A DNA stretch of 64,000 nt from an uncultured beta proteobacterium. Its GTDB lineage: Bacteria > Pseudomonadota > Gammaproteobacteria > Burkholderiales > Burkholderiaceae_C. Below, one piece after another: positions 35,982-45,539 of the stretch. Location: assembly GCA_903897925.1 (NCBI GenBank), contig CAIUDG010000136.1, positions 15,734 through 79,733 of the forward strand. Direction: 5' to 3'. A program made the position numbers and the translations under genes. The first letter of the stretch is position 1. Each line of letters opens with the position of its first letter. Under the pieces are notes generated by a model. That model did no database searches. It was given only the letters and a program-made list of their open reading frames with translations, and was not told where the DNA came from.

Positions 35982-38240
35982 TTAGGTACTGCACGGCAGC
36001 ACCAGGGCCTCGAATGCCGTCACCGGCAGCGGTCTGGCGAACAGATAGCCCTGGTAGCACTGGCAGCCCAGCGTCGCTAGCAGGTCGCGCTGGGCGCTGC
36101 TTTCCACGCCTTCGGCAATCACCGACAGGCCCATGCTGTTGGCCAGCGCAATCACCATGCTGGCAATCGCCGCGTCGTTCGGGTCGTCCAGGATGTCGCG
36201 CACGAAACTCTGGTCGATTTTGAGCTGGTCCAGTGGCAGTTGCTTGAGGATGGACAACGAGGAATAGCCGGTGCCAAAGTCGTCCAGCGCAAAGTTCAGG
36301 CCGCTTTGCTTCAGGGCGTGCATCTTGGCAATCACGGCATCCACTTCGGAGACCAGCAGGCTTTCGGTCAGTTCGAGCTTGAGTCGGTCGGCCGGGGCGC
36401 CGCTGCGCTCCAGCGCGCGCAGTACCTGATCGACAAAGTCGGCTTGGCGGAATTGCCGCGCGCTGACGTTGACGGCCAGCGTCAGGTGCGCCAGTCCGGG
36501 CTGCCTGGACCAGCGCGCCAGTTCGTTGCAGGCGCTTTGCAGCACCCAGGCACCGATGGGCAGAATCAGGCCGGTCTCCTCTGCCAGCGCAATGAACTCT
36601 GCCGGAGGCACCAGGCCGCGCGACGGTTCCAGCCAGCGCAGCAACGCTTCGGCGCCAATGAAGCGGCCGGTCTCGTCGACCTGGCCTTGGTAGTGCAGAC
36701 AGAACTGCTCTTTGGCCAGGGCCTCGTGCAGTGCGGCTTCCAGCGCCGCCCGGTGGTTGGCTGCCGTTTGCATTTGCGGGTCATAAAAACGCAGCATATT
36801 GCGGCCGGCGGACTTGGCCTGGTACATCGCCATCTCGGCCTGAATCAGGGGATCGACGCTGATTTCCTGCGGGTTGCCAAACAGGGTGATGCCAATGCTG
36901 GCACTGCCGTGGTGTTGAAAGGTTCCCAGCTGGTGGCGCTGGCGCAGTGCCTGCAGCGCTTTCTCGCTGATGGCTTCGGCATGGGTCGCGGCTTCTTGTG
37001 AACTGCCGCCCAGGTCTTCCAGCAGCATGACAAACTCATCACCGCCCAGGCGGGCGACGGTGTCGCCGTCGCGCACGCAGGCGCCGAGTTGGGCCGCCAC
37101 ATGCCGTAACAGCTGGTCGCCCAGTTCCTGGCCCAGGGTTTCGTTGAGCGATTTGAAGTTGTCCAGGTCGACGAATACCAGTGCGCCCTGGCGCTGGTGG
37201 CGCTGCGCTGCGGCGAGTGCCTGTTGCAGCCGGTTCAGAAACAGGCGCCGGTTCGGCAAGCCGGTCAGGGGGTCGGAGAAGGCCAGTTGCTGGACCTGCT
37301 GTTGCGCGGCTTTGCGTTCGGTGATGTCGTGTATCGCCACCTGGATGGCGTGGGCGCCATCCAGAACAATGCCGGCACTGGTGACTTCGGCGTGGATCAC
37401 AGAGCCATCGAGCTGCAGCAGTTTTTGTTCGCTGGACGGCGCCACGCCGTCTGCCTGTGCCAGGGCGGTAAGCTGCGCCTGCATGGCGCTGTGCGAGTCC
37501 GGGTGCACCAGCTCGAACAGCGGCTTGCCGATCAGGTCCGTGGCCTGGCGTGCGCCAAACAGCGCGACGGCGGCCGGATTGGCATAGATAAAGCGCGTGC
37601 CGTCGTGCACTGCCAGTGGCGCGGGCGTCCATTCGATCAGGGTGCGGTAGCGCTCTTCGCTGTCGCGCCGTTTGGCAAAGGCCTTTTCCAGGCCCTTGAG
37701 CAGCAGCACGCAGCTGAAGGAAATCAGGGCGCTGACAAAGCTGAAGTTGAGGGTGATGACGACCCACTTCATCAGCGGTGTCGCGTCAAAGCCGGCAATC
37801 GGAAAGTCGGCCTGGGTCCAGTAGCCGACCAGTGGCAGCGTCAGCGCGTTGACAGCCATGGCCAGCAGCGAGGCCCGCAGTCCGATCATCAGCGCCGCCA
37901 GGACCGGCACCGCCAGCAGGTAAATTTGACTCGGTGCGCCGATGGCAAGCAGCAGCGCCAGGCCGAGCAGGTACAGCAGCAGACAGAGGTTCCAGGCCCG
38001 TGCGCGGTACGACAGTGAGCGATACCCAGCCAGGCAGGCGACCCAGATGACGGCCATCAGGTCGGCCAGCGCGACTGACCAGAGTCCTTTCGACACGGCC
38101 AGCAGTATGCTCGGCACCGCGACTGCGGCACCCATCACCGTCGCGCCAAACAGGAACAGCGCAAGCACGCGTTCGCGCCAGGTTGCGAAGTCATCCCGGT
38201 CAACGTCGAGCAGGAGCGTGTGAAGATAAGACTGCAGCAT
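35982..38240 (-). CDS. Membrane-anchored PAS-GGDEF-EAL protein (c-di-GMP synthase/phosphodiesterase)
   Basis: The roughly 190-aa N-terminus is polytopic, followed by a PAS domain. The GGDEF domain is intact with an I-site (RDGDTVARLGGDEF). The EAL signatures are EALLRW, ELTES and DDFGTGYSSL. Confidence 0.9.
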   Translation of the reverse strand: MLQSYLHTLLLDVDRDDFATWRERVLALFLFGATVMGAAVAVPSILLAVSKGLWSVALADLMAVIWVACLAGYRSLSYRARAWNLCLLLYLLGLALLLAIGAPSQIYLLAVPVLAALMIGLRASLLAMAVNALTLPLVGYWTQADFPIAGFDATPLMKWVVITLNFSFVSALISFSCVLLLKGLEKAFAKRRDSEERYRTLIEWTPAPLAVHDGTRFIYANPAAVALFGARQATDLIGKPLFELVHPDSHSAMQAQLTALAQADGVAPSSEQKLLQLDGSVIHAEVTSAGIVLDGAHAIQVAIHDITERKAAQQQVQQLAFSDPLTGLPNRRLFLNRLQQALAAAQRHQRQGALVFVDLDNFKSLNETLGQELGDQLLRHVAAQLGACVRDGDTVARLGGDEFVMLLEDLGGSSQEAATHAEAISEKALQALRQRHQLGTFQHHGSASIGITLFGNPQEISVDPLIQAEMAMYQAKSAGRNMLRFYDPQMQTAANHRAALEAALHEALAKEQFCLHYQGQVDETGRFIGAEALLRWLEPSRGLVPPAEFIALAEETGLILPIGAWVLQSACNELARWSRQPGLAHLTLAVNVSARQFRQADFVDQVLRALERSGAPADRLKLELTESLLVSEVDAVIAKMHALKQSGLNFALDDFGTGYSSLSILKQLPLDQLKIDQSFVRDILDDPNDAAIASMVIALANSMGLSVIAEGVESSAQRDLLATLGCQCYQGYLFARPLPVTAFEALVLPCST

Positions 38241-38424
38241 CTATCTGTCGGCCTTTTCGGTAGTTGGCTGGCAAGCTATTTCCCAATGCAGGCAAATGAT
38301 AGCGGGAGAAGCACTATCGGGGCCGCCCGCGCGGCGCTTATTCGTTTGCGCCGCGGCTGCGTGCCGTGCGCTTGGCCGGCGGTGCTACCATGCCGGGCCC
38401 GCATTCACCACAGCACAGCACACC

Positions 38425-38856
38425 ATGGCACGTATTCAGATAGAACTCCCCGCGACCTTCCTTTTTTCGACCCAGGTACAGATCTATATCAGCCATGTGA
38501 ACCTTGGCGGCCATCTGGACAACGCCCAATTGCTGACCCTGGTGTCGGAAGCGCGCACGCGTTTTTTCGTGGCGCTGGGTTATCCGGGCATGGACGTCGA
38601 GGGTTGTTTGTACGTGGTGGGTGACTTGGTGGCGCAGTACAAGTCGGAAGGTTTTTATGGCGAAACCCTGCAGATCGACATGACCCCGGGCGACCTCAAC
38701 AAATATGGCTTTGACCTGCTGTTCCAGATGCGCGAAGTCAAAACCGGCCGCGAGGTTGCGCGCGGCAAGACTGGCATTGTGTTCGTCCACGCCCAGGACA
38801 AAAAAGTGGCGCTGATTCCGCCCGCGTTCCTGCAGCGCCTGCAACTGCCGGTGTGA
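38425..38856 (+). CDS. Hotdog-fold acyl-CoA thioesterase (4HBT/YbgC-like)
   Basis: Start placed at MARIQIELP, internal to ORF 38296-38856. The motif is VQIYISHVNLGGHLDNAQLL. The size is about 143 aa. Confidence 0.6.
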   Translation: MARIQIELPATFLFSTQVQIYISHVNLGGHLDNAQLLTLVSEARTRFFVALGYPGMDVEGCLYVVGDLVAQYKSEGFYGETLQIDMTPGDLNKYGFDLLFQMREVKTGREVARGKTGIVFVHAQDKKVALIPPAFLQRLQLPV

Positions 38857-38927
38857 GGCGGACCCCGGCCCGGCACATCCGGCCAAAGTCCTGCAAAATG
38901 CCGGTCTGCGCAGAACCCCAAGGGAAT

Positions 38928-39806
38928 ATGACCATGTCCGACAGCAACCCATATACGCCGCCCAAAATCTGGACCTATGACAAGGAAAACGGCGGCAAGT
39001 TTGCCAACATCAACCGCCCGGTGGCGGGCGCCACGCACGACAAGGTGCTGCCGCGCGGCAAGCATCCGCTGCAGCTGTATTCGCTGGCGACACCGAATGG
39101 CGTCAAGGTCACGGTCATGCTGGAAGAGCTGCTCGAACTCGGCATTGCCGGCGCTGAATACGACGCCTGGCTGATACGCATCAACGAAGGCGACCAGTTT
39201 GGCAGCGGCTTTGTTGGCGTCAATCCGAATTCCAAAATCCCGGCCCTGCTGGACTACAGCGGCGAGCAGCCGGTGCGGGTGTTCGAGTCCGGCGCGATCT
39301 TGCTGTACCTGGCGGAAAAGTTTGGCGTATTGCTGCCCAGCGCGCCGGCCTTGCGCGCCGAGTGCCTGTGCTGGCTGTTCTGGCAGATGGGCAGCGCGCC
39401 GTATCTGGGCGGCGGTTTTGGCCATTTTTATGCCTATGCGCCAAGCAAAATGGAATACCCGATCAACCGCTTCGCGATGGAAGTGAAGCGCCAGATGGAC
39501 GTATTGAACCAGCGCCTGGCAGCCAACCGCTACGTTGGCGGCGACAGCTATTCGATTGCTGATATTGCGATCTGGCCTTGGTACGGCGGCATGGCCAAGG
39601 GCCTGCTCTACGAAGCCGGCGAGTTTTTGCAAGTGCAGGAATACAGCCATGTGATTCGCTGGGCGGATGAAATCGCCCAGCGCCCGGCGGTGATGCGGGG
39701 CCGGATGGTGAACCGGGTCGTCGGGCCGTTGGCGTCGCAGCTGCACGAGCGCCATGACGCCAGCGACTTTGCCACCCGCACGCAGGACAAACTCGAAGGC
39801 GCGTAG
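38928..39806 (+). CDS. yghU: Nu-class glutathione S-transferase
   Basis: Start placed at MTMSDSNPYTPPKIWTYDKENGGKFANINRPVAGATHDK. By my recollection it is collinear with E. coli YghU to the C-terminus (QLHERHDASDF). AAGGGA lies upstream. Confidence 0.85.
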   Translation: MTMSDSNPYTPPKIWTYDKENGGKFANINRPVAGATHDKVLPRGKHPLQLYSLATPNGVKVTVMLEELLELGIAGAEYDAWLIRINEGDQFGSGFVGVNPNSKIPALLDYSGEQPVRVFESGAILLYLAEKFGVLLPSAPALRAECLCWLFWQMGSAPYLGGGFGHFYAYAPSKMEYPINRFAMEVKRQMDVLNQRLAANRYVGGDSYSIADIAIWPWYGGMAKGLLYEAGEFLQVQEYSHVIRWADEIAQRPAVMRGRMVNRVVGPLASQLHERHDASDFATRTQDKLEGA

Positions 39807-39911
39807 CGGCCAAAGCCGTGCCTACAGGGGTTACAGTTACGCCCGTGGATCACGAGGCCCTGCGTGTGCGGGTGCTGGCTATTCGATCGCAGAAACCAAG
39901 GAAGAATTTGT

Positions 39912-40625
39912 ATGGGTGCACAGTGGAAAGCCAAAGGCAAGGAACTGGCGGCGAATGCCAAAGGCCGCATGTTCGGCAAGTTGGCCAAAGACATCATGAT
40001 CGCCGCGCGCAGTGGCGCTGACCCGGCAAGCAATTCGCGCCTGCGACTGGTAGTGGAGCAGGCGCGCAAGGTGTCCATGCCGAAAGACACGCTGGAGCGT
40101 GCTATTAAAAAAGGTGCCGGTCTGACCGGGGAGTCGGTCAGCTTTGACCACGTGATCTACGAAGGCTATGCGCCGCACCGGGTGCCGCTGATGGTTGAGT
40201 GCCTGACCGACAACGTGAACCGCACGGCGCCGGAAATGCGCGTGCTGTTTCGCAAGGGGCAGCTCGGTACCTCCGGTTCGGTGGCCTGGGATTTCGACCA
40301 CCTCGGCATGATTGAAGCCGAGGCCAGTGCCCCTGGCGCCGATGCCGAAATGGCGGCGATTGAAGCCGGTGCGCAGGACCTGGAGCCGGCCGACGCGCAG
40401 GGCATGGTGATGTTCCTGACCGACCCGACCGATCTCGACCTGGTCTGCCGCGCCCTGCCAGCACAGGGCTTTACGGTGCTCAGCGCCAAGCTCGGTTACA
40501 AGGCCAAGAACCCGATCGATCCGGCCAGCCTGAGTGCCGAACAGCTGGAAGAAGTGGAAGCCTTTCTGGCCGCCATTGACGACAACGACGACGTGCAGAA
40601 CGTCTACGCCGGTCTGGGCGCTTAA
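39912..40625 (+). CDS. YebC/PmpR-family transcriptional regulator
   Basis: Start placed at [11 protein letters not shown], with AAGGAAG upstream. Signatures are [22 protein letters not shown] and [13 protein letters not shown]. Its stop overlaps the convergent DUF2894 gene's stop at 40622-40625. Confidence 0.9.
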   Translation: MGAQWKAKGKELAANAKGRMFGKLAKDIMIAARSGADPASNSRLRLVVEQARKVSMPKDTLERAIKKGAGLTGESVSFDHVIYEGYAPHRVPLMVECLTDNVNRTAPEMRVLFRKGQLGTSGSVAWDFDHLGMIEAEASAPGADAEMAAIEAGAQDLEPADAQGMVMFLTDPTDLDLVCRALPAQGFTVLSAKLGYKAKNPIDPASLSAEQLEEVEAFLAAIDDNDDVQNVYAGLGA

Positions 40626-41284
40626 GCCTCCGGGGTGCCGGGCGCCGGGCTGGCGGCCGGTTTGCGCCGGGGCCGGCCGGTGCTGGCAGTGCCGGACTTG
40701 CTGGCGCCGGTACTGGCGCGGACCGGCTCGGTTTCGCGCAGTTCCAGGCAGAGCAGGGTGTCGGCGTAGCACATGAAGCGGTTCAGGTAGTCGGGCGAGA
40801 TGTCGCGCATCAGGCCCAGCGAGCGCAGCACCAGCATGTGCGAGTTCAGCGGACCGGCGTTTTTCGGCGCCTGCGCCAACGATTTTTTCACCTGTTTGTC
40901 GCTGCTGAGTTTGGACCAGGTGTTGCGGAATTTGCGCACCGAGTGCAGCTCCGGGCGTGCGCTGTCCTGGCGTTCGGCGCTGCCCGGCGACTGCTGCGCC
41001 AGGTAGTGCAGCAAGGCGGCCAGCGGGCGCGGCGCGGCGTCTGGCGCCGACGCCTGTGTCGGCACCTGTGTTGGCGCCTGTGTCGGCACTTGTGCCTGGT
41101 GGCGCGCGCTCCAGTCGGCGAAGGCGCCGGCTAGGCGGTTTTTTAGCAGGGCCTGGACTTTGTCGTTTTGTCCCTGGGCGCGGCGGGCCAGCGCTTCCAT
41201 ATAGGCAAAGCGCACCGGGTCAAACTGCTGCGCTCCGGCCAGGCGCAAGGCCGCAAGCTGTTGTTCAAGCTCTGCCAGCGTCAT
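40622..41284 (-). CDS. DUF2894-like protein (fourth gene of the MotAB-like cassette)
   Basis: 220 aa. Segments [16 protein letters not shown] and [29 protein letters not shown] match my memory of DUF2894 proteins. The ATGA overlap with the MotB-like gene is at 41281-41284. No enzymatic motif. Confidence 0.7.
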   Translation of the reverse strand: MTLAELEQQLAALRLAGAQQFDPVRFAYMEALARRAQGQNDKVQALLKNRLAGAFADWSARHQAQVPTQAPTQVPTQASAPDAAPRPLAALLHYLAQQSPGSAERQDSARPELHSVRKFRNTWSKLSSDKQVKKSLAQAPKNAGPLNSHMLVLRSLGLMRDISPDYLNRFMCYADTLLCLELRETEPVRASTGASKSGTASTGRPRRKPAASPAPGTPEA

Positions 41285-41922
41285 GGCGTGCGGTTCTTGG
41301 CGGCGCCGCCCCTGGGCACGGGCGCCAGTTCTACACGCCGGTTTTGTGCGCGTGCGCTCTCATTGGTGTTCGGCGTGATGGGCTGCTCCGAACCGAAGGC
41401 GGCGGCAAAGACCAGCGCAGACGGCATGCCGGCGTCAATCAGCGCGCGCGTGACGGTCAGCGCGCGCTGGGCTGACAGTTCCCAGTTGTCGGTGTAGCGG
41501 GTGTTGCTGGCGCGGATTGAATGGTCGTCGGTAAAGCCGCTGATCATCAGCAGTTCGTCGCGCGCGCCCAGATAGGCGCGCAGCGGCGTCACCAGGCTGT
41601 TCAGCAGTTGCCGGCCTTCGGGCTGCAATTCGTCGGAATTCAGTGAGAACAGCAGGCGCCCGCTGATGCCGATGCGGCCGTTGTTCAGCGTGATGCGGCC
41701 GGATGCCAGCGGCACTGCCAGCGCTTGCTCCAGGCCCATGCGGCGCTGCTCTTCGACCTGGCGTTTCTTCACTTCGTCCTGCAGGTTGGCACTGAGCTGG
41801 GCCTGCACCAGCAGCACGCCCACCAGCAGCAGCACGAAGGCGCCCAGCAGACCCGACATCAGGTCGCCAAACACGGCCCAGGCCGGTGCGGTGTGTTCCA
41901 GGCCGGCGTCCACCTCGTCCAT
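41281..41922 (-). CDS. MotB-like stator subunit with an OmpA-type peptidoglycan-binding domain
   Basis: There is a single N-terminal TM helix with a conserved-type Asp (WAVFGD20LMSGLLGAFVLLLVGVLL). The C-terminal OmpA-like motifs are ISGFTDD, NWELSAQRALTVTRAL and NRRVEL. Its start overlaps the upstream stop (TGATG, 41920-41924). Confidence 0.85.
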   Translation of the reverse strand: MDEVDAGLEHTAPAWAVFGDLMSGLLGAFVLLLVGVLLVQAQLSANLQDEVKKRQVEEQRRMGLEQALAVPLASGRITLNNGRIGISGRLLFSLNSDELQPEGRQLLNSLVTPLRAYLGARDELLMISGFTDDHSIRASNTRYTDNWELSAQRALTVTRALIDAGMPSALVFAAAFGSEQPITPNTNESARAQNRRVELAPVPRGGAAKNRTP

Positions 41923-43973
41923 CAGGCCACCTCTTCGGTTTGCGCTGCCGGCTTGCTGCTGAGTTCGCGCAAACTATCCACAATGTCTTTTTGCGAGGCC
42001 ACGCTCAGATCGATCAGTTCACGCGCCTGGGCCACGTAATAGGCCAGCTGGTCGTCGCTGCGAAGCATGGACTTGTTCATTGCCGTTTCGATGCGCTGCA
42101 GCTGGCCCAGCAGCTGTTCGTTGGCGCTCTGGAACGACTGCACCGCCTGCGCGAAGGACTCGCCCAGGCTGGAAACTTCCAGGGCGCTGCCGCTGACCTG
42201 GGCGGCCACCTCGGCGAGCTTGCCGGCCTCGGCGCCGAGCTGTTCCGAAAACTGGCTGCCGGCCTGGTTCAGGGCGACGGCGGCCGAGGCCACCAGGGAG
42301 TCGATGACGGCGCGCTGTTCGCCGGAGGCGTGGTTGATGCTGTCCAGCAGCGCGCTCAAGGTTTCCATGATGCGGCTGCGCTCTTCCAGCAAGGCGTTGT
42401 CACGCGCCATGCTGTGCGAGATTTCCTGGCGCAACTGGCCGATCACTTCGGCCGCCGCGCGTGGTGCTTCGGAAGCGGTCTGGATCAGGCGTGTGATGGG
42501 CGCTTCCAGCGCGCAGCCGAGCGTGCTCAGATGTTCGGTCAGGGCGCTTTGCAATTCGGCCAGCCGGTCTACCGCGGCCTGGCCGCGTTCGGCTTCGGCG
42601 TCGCGCAGTGCCGCCAGTTCGGTGTGCATCAGGGTGCCGAGCTGTTCCATGCGCGCGCCGTGTTGCTGGGTCCATTGCGCTTCGGCGTCCAGGCGTGACT
42701 GCACCAGGGCCTGGGCACTGTCGACCAGGCGCGTGATGTCGGCCTGGGTGCTGCTGTGGCTGGCCTGCGCCTGGGTGCTGAGTTGCTGGGCGCTGTGCGC
42801 CAGCGTGTCGCAAAGTGCCTGCTGCTGGGCCAGGGTCTGTGCGCCGGCCTGTTGCCAGGCCTGGTTCAGGTTGCTGGCGATGGTTTCGAGCTGCGCGGTC
42901 CAGGCTTGCAGGCGTTGCTGGTCACCGGCGTCTTGTGCGCCCTGCAGCTGGCGGTAGGCCTGGCCCACTGCCAGCAGCAAGTCGTCGGAGCGTTGTGCGA
43001 AGCGGCTGTTCAGGCGCTCCAGCGACTGTTCCATGGCGCTGGCCAGTCCTTGCTGCATCTGGCTGGTTTCGTGCGCGATGGCATCCATGGCGGCTTGCAG
43101 CGCCGGGCGGATGCTGTCGCTCGCGGCCTGGGCGCTTTGTGTCAGGCTGTGGCGCAGCGTCTGGTCGACCGATTCGGCCAGTCCGGTGTAGGCGTCCCGG
43201 GCTTCGCGGTGGAAGCGGTCCTGGCTGTCGAGCAAGCCCTGGTTCAGTTGCTGCTGCATCTGTGCCATTTGCTGCACCATGGCCTGCAGCGTGTCCACCA
43301 CGGCGGGCAGGGCGTGTGCCTGGACCTGCAGTGCCTGGAACGCTTGCTGGCGCTGGTGCCTGAGGGAAAAATGCGCCAGCTGGCTGGCCATGCAGGATTC
43401 CAGCTGCTGCACCACCTGCATGCGTTCGCGCCGGCACAGGGCCGACAGCAGGCCCAGCATGGCCGAGCTGGCCACGCCAGCCACCGAGGTGCCAAAGGCC
43501 AGCCCCAGTCCCTTGATCGGGGTCGCAAAGGCGCTGCGGATGGCTTGCAGGTCGGTGCTGCTTTCCAGCGTGAAGGCGGCGCCATTCAGGGTCAGCACCA
43601 TGCCTAGGAAGGTGCCCAGCATGCCCAGCATCACCAGCAGGCCGACCAGGTAGGGCGTGAGGGTTGGGCCGGGCAGACCGACGCGTTCGCCTTCAATGCG
43701 CTGGCGTACCGGATTTTGCAGTTCCGCCGGCACCTGCACCAGCCAGCTGCCGAGTTGCGTTAAACCATCCGGAATCTGTTGCAGGGCCTGTGCCAGGCCG
43801 TGGCTGGACTGGCGAAAGCGGTGCAGCTCGAGGCTGCCCAGTCCGTAGGCGGCGGCAATCAGCAGGGTCATGGCCAGGGCCAGCAGATGGCCGTTGACGA
43901 AACCGGCACCGATCCAGAGCAGCACCAGGGCGCCAGCGGCAAAAACGAGGGAAAAAAGGTGTTTGTTCATCAT
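41922..43973 (-). CDS. MotA/ExbB-like membrane protein with a roughly 500-aa C-terminal coiled-coil tail (DUF802-like)
   Basis: 683 aa with four TM helices. The TM3/TM4 region (LVGLLVMLGMLGTFLGMVLTL ... GLGLAFGTSVAGVASSAMLGLLSAL) resembles the MotA/TolQ/ExbB channel core. The rest is uninterrupted Q/A/L/E-rich helix. The ATGA overlap with the upstream gene is at 43970-43973. Confidence 0.8.
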   Translation of the reverse strand: MMNKHLFSLVFAAGALVLLWIGAGFVNGHLLALAMTLLIAAAYGLGSLELHRFRQSSHGLAQALQQIPDGLTQLGSWLVQVPAELQNPVRQRIEGERVGLPGPTLTPYLVGLLVMLGMLGTFLGMVLTLNGAAFTLESSTDLQAIRSAFATPIKGLGLAFGTSVAGVASSAMLGLLSALCRRERMQVVQQLESCMASQLAHFSLRHQRQQAFQALQVQAHALPAVVDTLQAMVQQMAQMQQQLNQGLLDSQDRFHREARDAYTGLAESVDQTLRHSLTQSAQAASDSIRPALQAAMDAIAHETSQMQQGLASAMEQSLERLNSRFAQRSDDLLLAVGQAYRQLQGAQDAGDQQRLQAWTAQLETIASNLNQAWQQAGAQTLAQQQALCDTLAHSAQQLSTQAQASHSSTQADITRLVDSAQALVQSRLDAEAQWTQQHGARMEQLGTLMHTELAALRDAEAERGQAAVDRLAELQSALTEHLSTLGCALEAPITRLIQTASEAPRAAAEVIGQLRQEISHSMARDNALLEERSRIMETLSALLDSINHASGEQRAVIDSLVASAAVALNQAGSQFSEQLGAEAGKLAEVAAQVSGSALEVSSLGESFAQAVQSFQSANEQLLGQLQRIETAMNKSMLRSDDQLAYYVAQARELIDLSVASQKDIVDSLRELSSKPAAQTEEVA

Positions 43974-44668
43974 GGTGTTGACGCGGGTTCCTGTTGCAGG
44001 GCTTCGATCAGCCCTTGCGTGGTCTGCAGCCGGAGCTCAAGCTCGGCCAGCAAGACGGTTTGAAGTTCTGTGCCAAAGTCGCTCGGGGCGTGGCTGGCAG
44101 GCGGATTTTTGTGCCAATGCGCAAAGCGGCGCATCAGCAATTGCGGCACGCTGGCCAGTAAACGGGTTTCGCGCTCTTGCAGTATGGCGTCAAAGGTGGC
44201 GTCCAGTGCGGCCAGCTGGCGCAGTGCCGGGCTGCTGCGCGCCAGTGCCTCGCGCACTTTGCCGCGCAGCGGCGCAATGGCCAATTGCATGTCGCGTTGT
44301 TGCGTCTGGTAGTAGCGCCGGAACGGGTCGTAGGCGGCGCTGAGTTCACGTGCGCTGCTGTGGGCCAGGGCGTCGGGCTCCAGCGCTGGCGGCTGGCTGC
44401 TGCGGATGCTGTGTTCCAGCCCGCTGCGCAGGCGCTCGAATGCGTCGGCCAGGGCCGCGCCGGCACCCGGTGTGGCTGGTGCGGGCGCTGGGCCTGGACC
44501 GCTGTTGTGCACCGCGCACAGCGTGATGGCGTCCGTATAGTTCACCCACAGGCCCAGGTTTTCCGCCAGCGCATGGCCCGGCGCCGGCGCTTTTACTGCG
44601 GCCAGGTCGGCAAGCACACGAACAAGTCTGGAACTGTGGAAATGGGTACGCGGTCGAACTCGCGTCAT
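43970..44668 (-). CDS. DUF3348-like protein (first gene of the MotAB-like cassette)
   Basis: ORF 43970-44719. I prefer the start at MTRVRPRTHFHSSRLVRVLADL (44668), but 44719 is possible. The N-terminal pattern (F..S.L.R.LA.L....ALAENLGLWV...DAITL) matches my memory of DUF3348 proteins. No enzymatic motif. Confidence 0.65.
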   Translation of the reverse strand: MTRVRPRTHFHSSRLVRVLADLAAVKAPAPGHALAENLGLWVNYTDAITLCAVHNSGPGPAPAPATPGAGAALADAFERLRSGLEHSIRSSQPPALEPDALAHSSARELSAAYDPFRRYYQTQQRDMQLAIAPLRGKVREALARSSPALRQLAALDATFDAILQERETRLLASVPQLLMRRFAHWHKNPPASHAPSDFGTELQTVLLAELELRLQTTQGLIEALQQEPASTP

Positions 44669-44777
44669 AGGCAGGAGGTATCCAAATCGAAAAAACAGGG
44701 CAGCGCCTGAAAAACCCACCCCGTTCGCCGGCGAACTTGTGTGAAGCGGCCCCGGATTTTACTTGAGAAGCCCGGGC

Positions 44778-45530
44778 TTAGATCGTGTCCGGCGGCAGGC
44801 AGTCGGCGCCGGCTACGGGCGTGCTGTAGGGCAGCAGTGCTTTGGCTGCTTCAATGCGCAAATGCAGTTCGACGCGCGTGTCGTTCATCACGGCTTGCAG
44901 GAATTGCCGGGGCTGCAGCTCGGTGCTGGGGGCGCTGCTGAATCGCGGTGCCAGCGCACTGGCGCTGTGTGGCAGCTGCACCGGTGGCGGTGCCGGTGCC
45001 GGCGTTGGAGCGCTGGGGGTGCGGGTGAGTTGCTCCAGTGCGGCCTGAAACGCGGCTGGTTTGGTGCTTTCGATGCGCCCCAGCACCAGGGCCTGCGCTT
45101 GCGGGTTGGGCGGCAGGTCGAGCCAGGGTTCGTCGGAAAAAATGGCGGCCAGGTCGGGCGCAATGAAGGCCGACCAATGTCCGTTGTCTGGCAGCAACGC
45201 GGGCAGTGTCACCGGTGCGGCGGTGAACAGACCGATGCGGCTGCTGGCCAGCGTGCCCACATAGCGCCCACGCAGCGCGTCCAGAAACGCCCGCGCCTGC
45301 GCCAGTGGCACCGGCGTGGTCAGAGAAAACCACAGCTGGAAGCCATCTTTGCCATTCACAGCAATGGCCGGTGCTGGCAACTCCAGCTCGCTCTGCACGC
45401 CGCGCCACAGCGGTGACAGCAGCGACCAATCGGCCGGGCGCGCCAGTTCCAGCACCAGGGTGCAGGTTTGCTGCGCTGCGGCTGCTTGGCTGGGGTACAG
45501 ACGCTGGAACTCGGCTTGCAATGTGCTCAT
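44778..45530 (-). CDS. Hypothetical protein with a Pro/Ala-rich central linker
   Basis: 250 aa. It starts 9 nt after the stop of the upstream GGDEF-EAL gene. The linker is PSAPTPAPAPPPVQLP. No family recognised and no clear SD. Confidence 0.5.
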   Translation of the reverse strand: MSTLQAEFQRLYPSQAAAAQQTCTLVLELARPADWSLLSPLWRGVQSELELPAPAIAVNGKDGFQLWFSLTTPVPLAQARAFLDALRGRYVGTLASSRIGLFTAAPVTLPALLPDNGHWSAFIAPDLAAIFSDEPWLDLPPNPQAQALVLGRIESTKPAAFQAALEQLTRTPSAPTPAPAPPPVQLPHSASALAPRFSSAPSTELQPRQFLQAVMNDTRVELHLRIEAAKALLPYSTPVAGADCLPPDTI

Positions 45531-45539
45531 ACCGCGACT

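Noticed and set aside
40622-43973. The MotA/MotB-like pair as a flagellar stator, Tol-Pal or ExbBD-TonB system
   Set aside because: No flagellar genes, TolA/TolR/Pal or TonB genes are adjacent. The roughly 500-aa coiled-coil tail on the MotA-like protein is not a feature of those systems.
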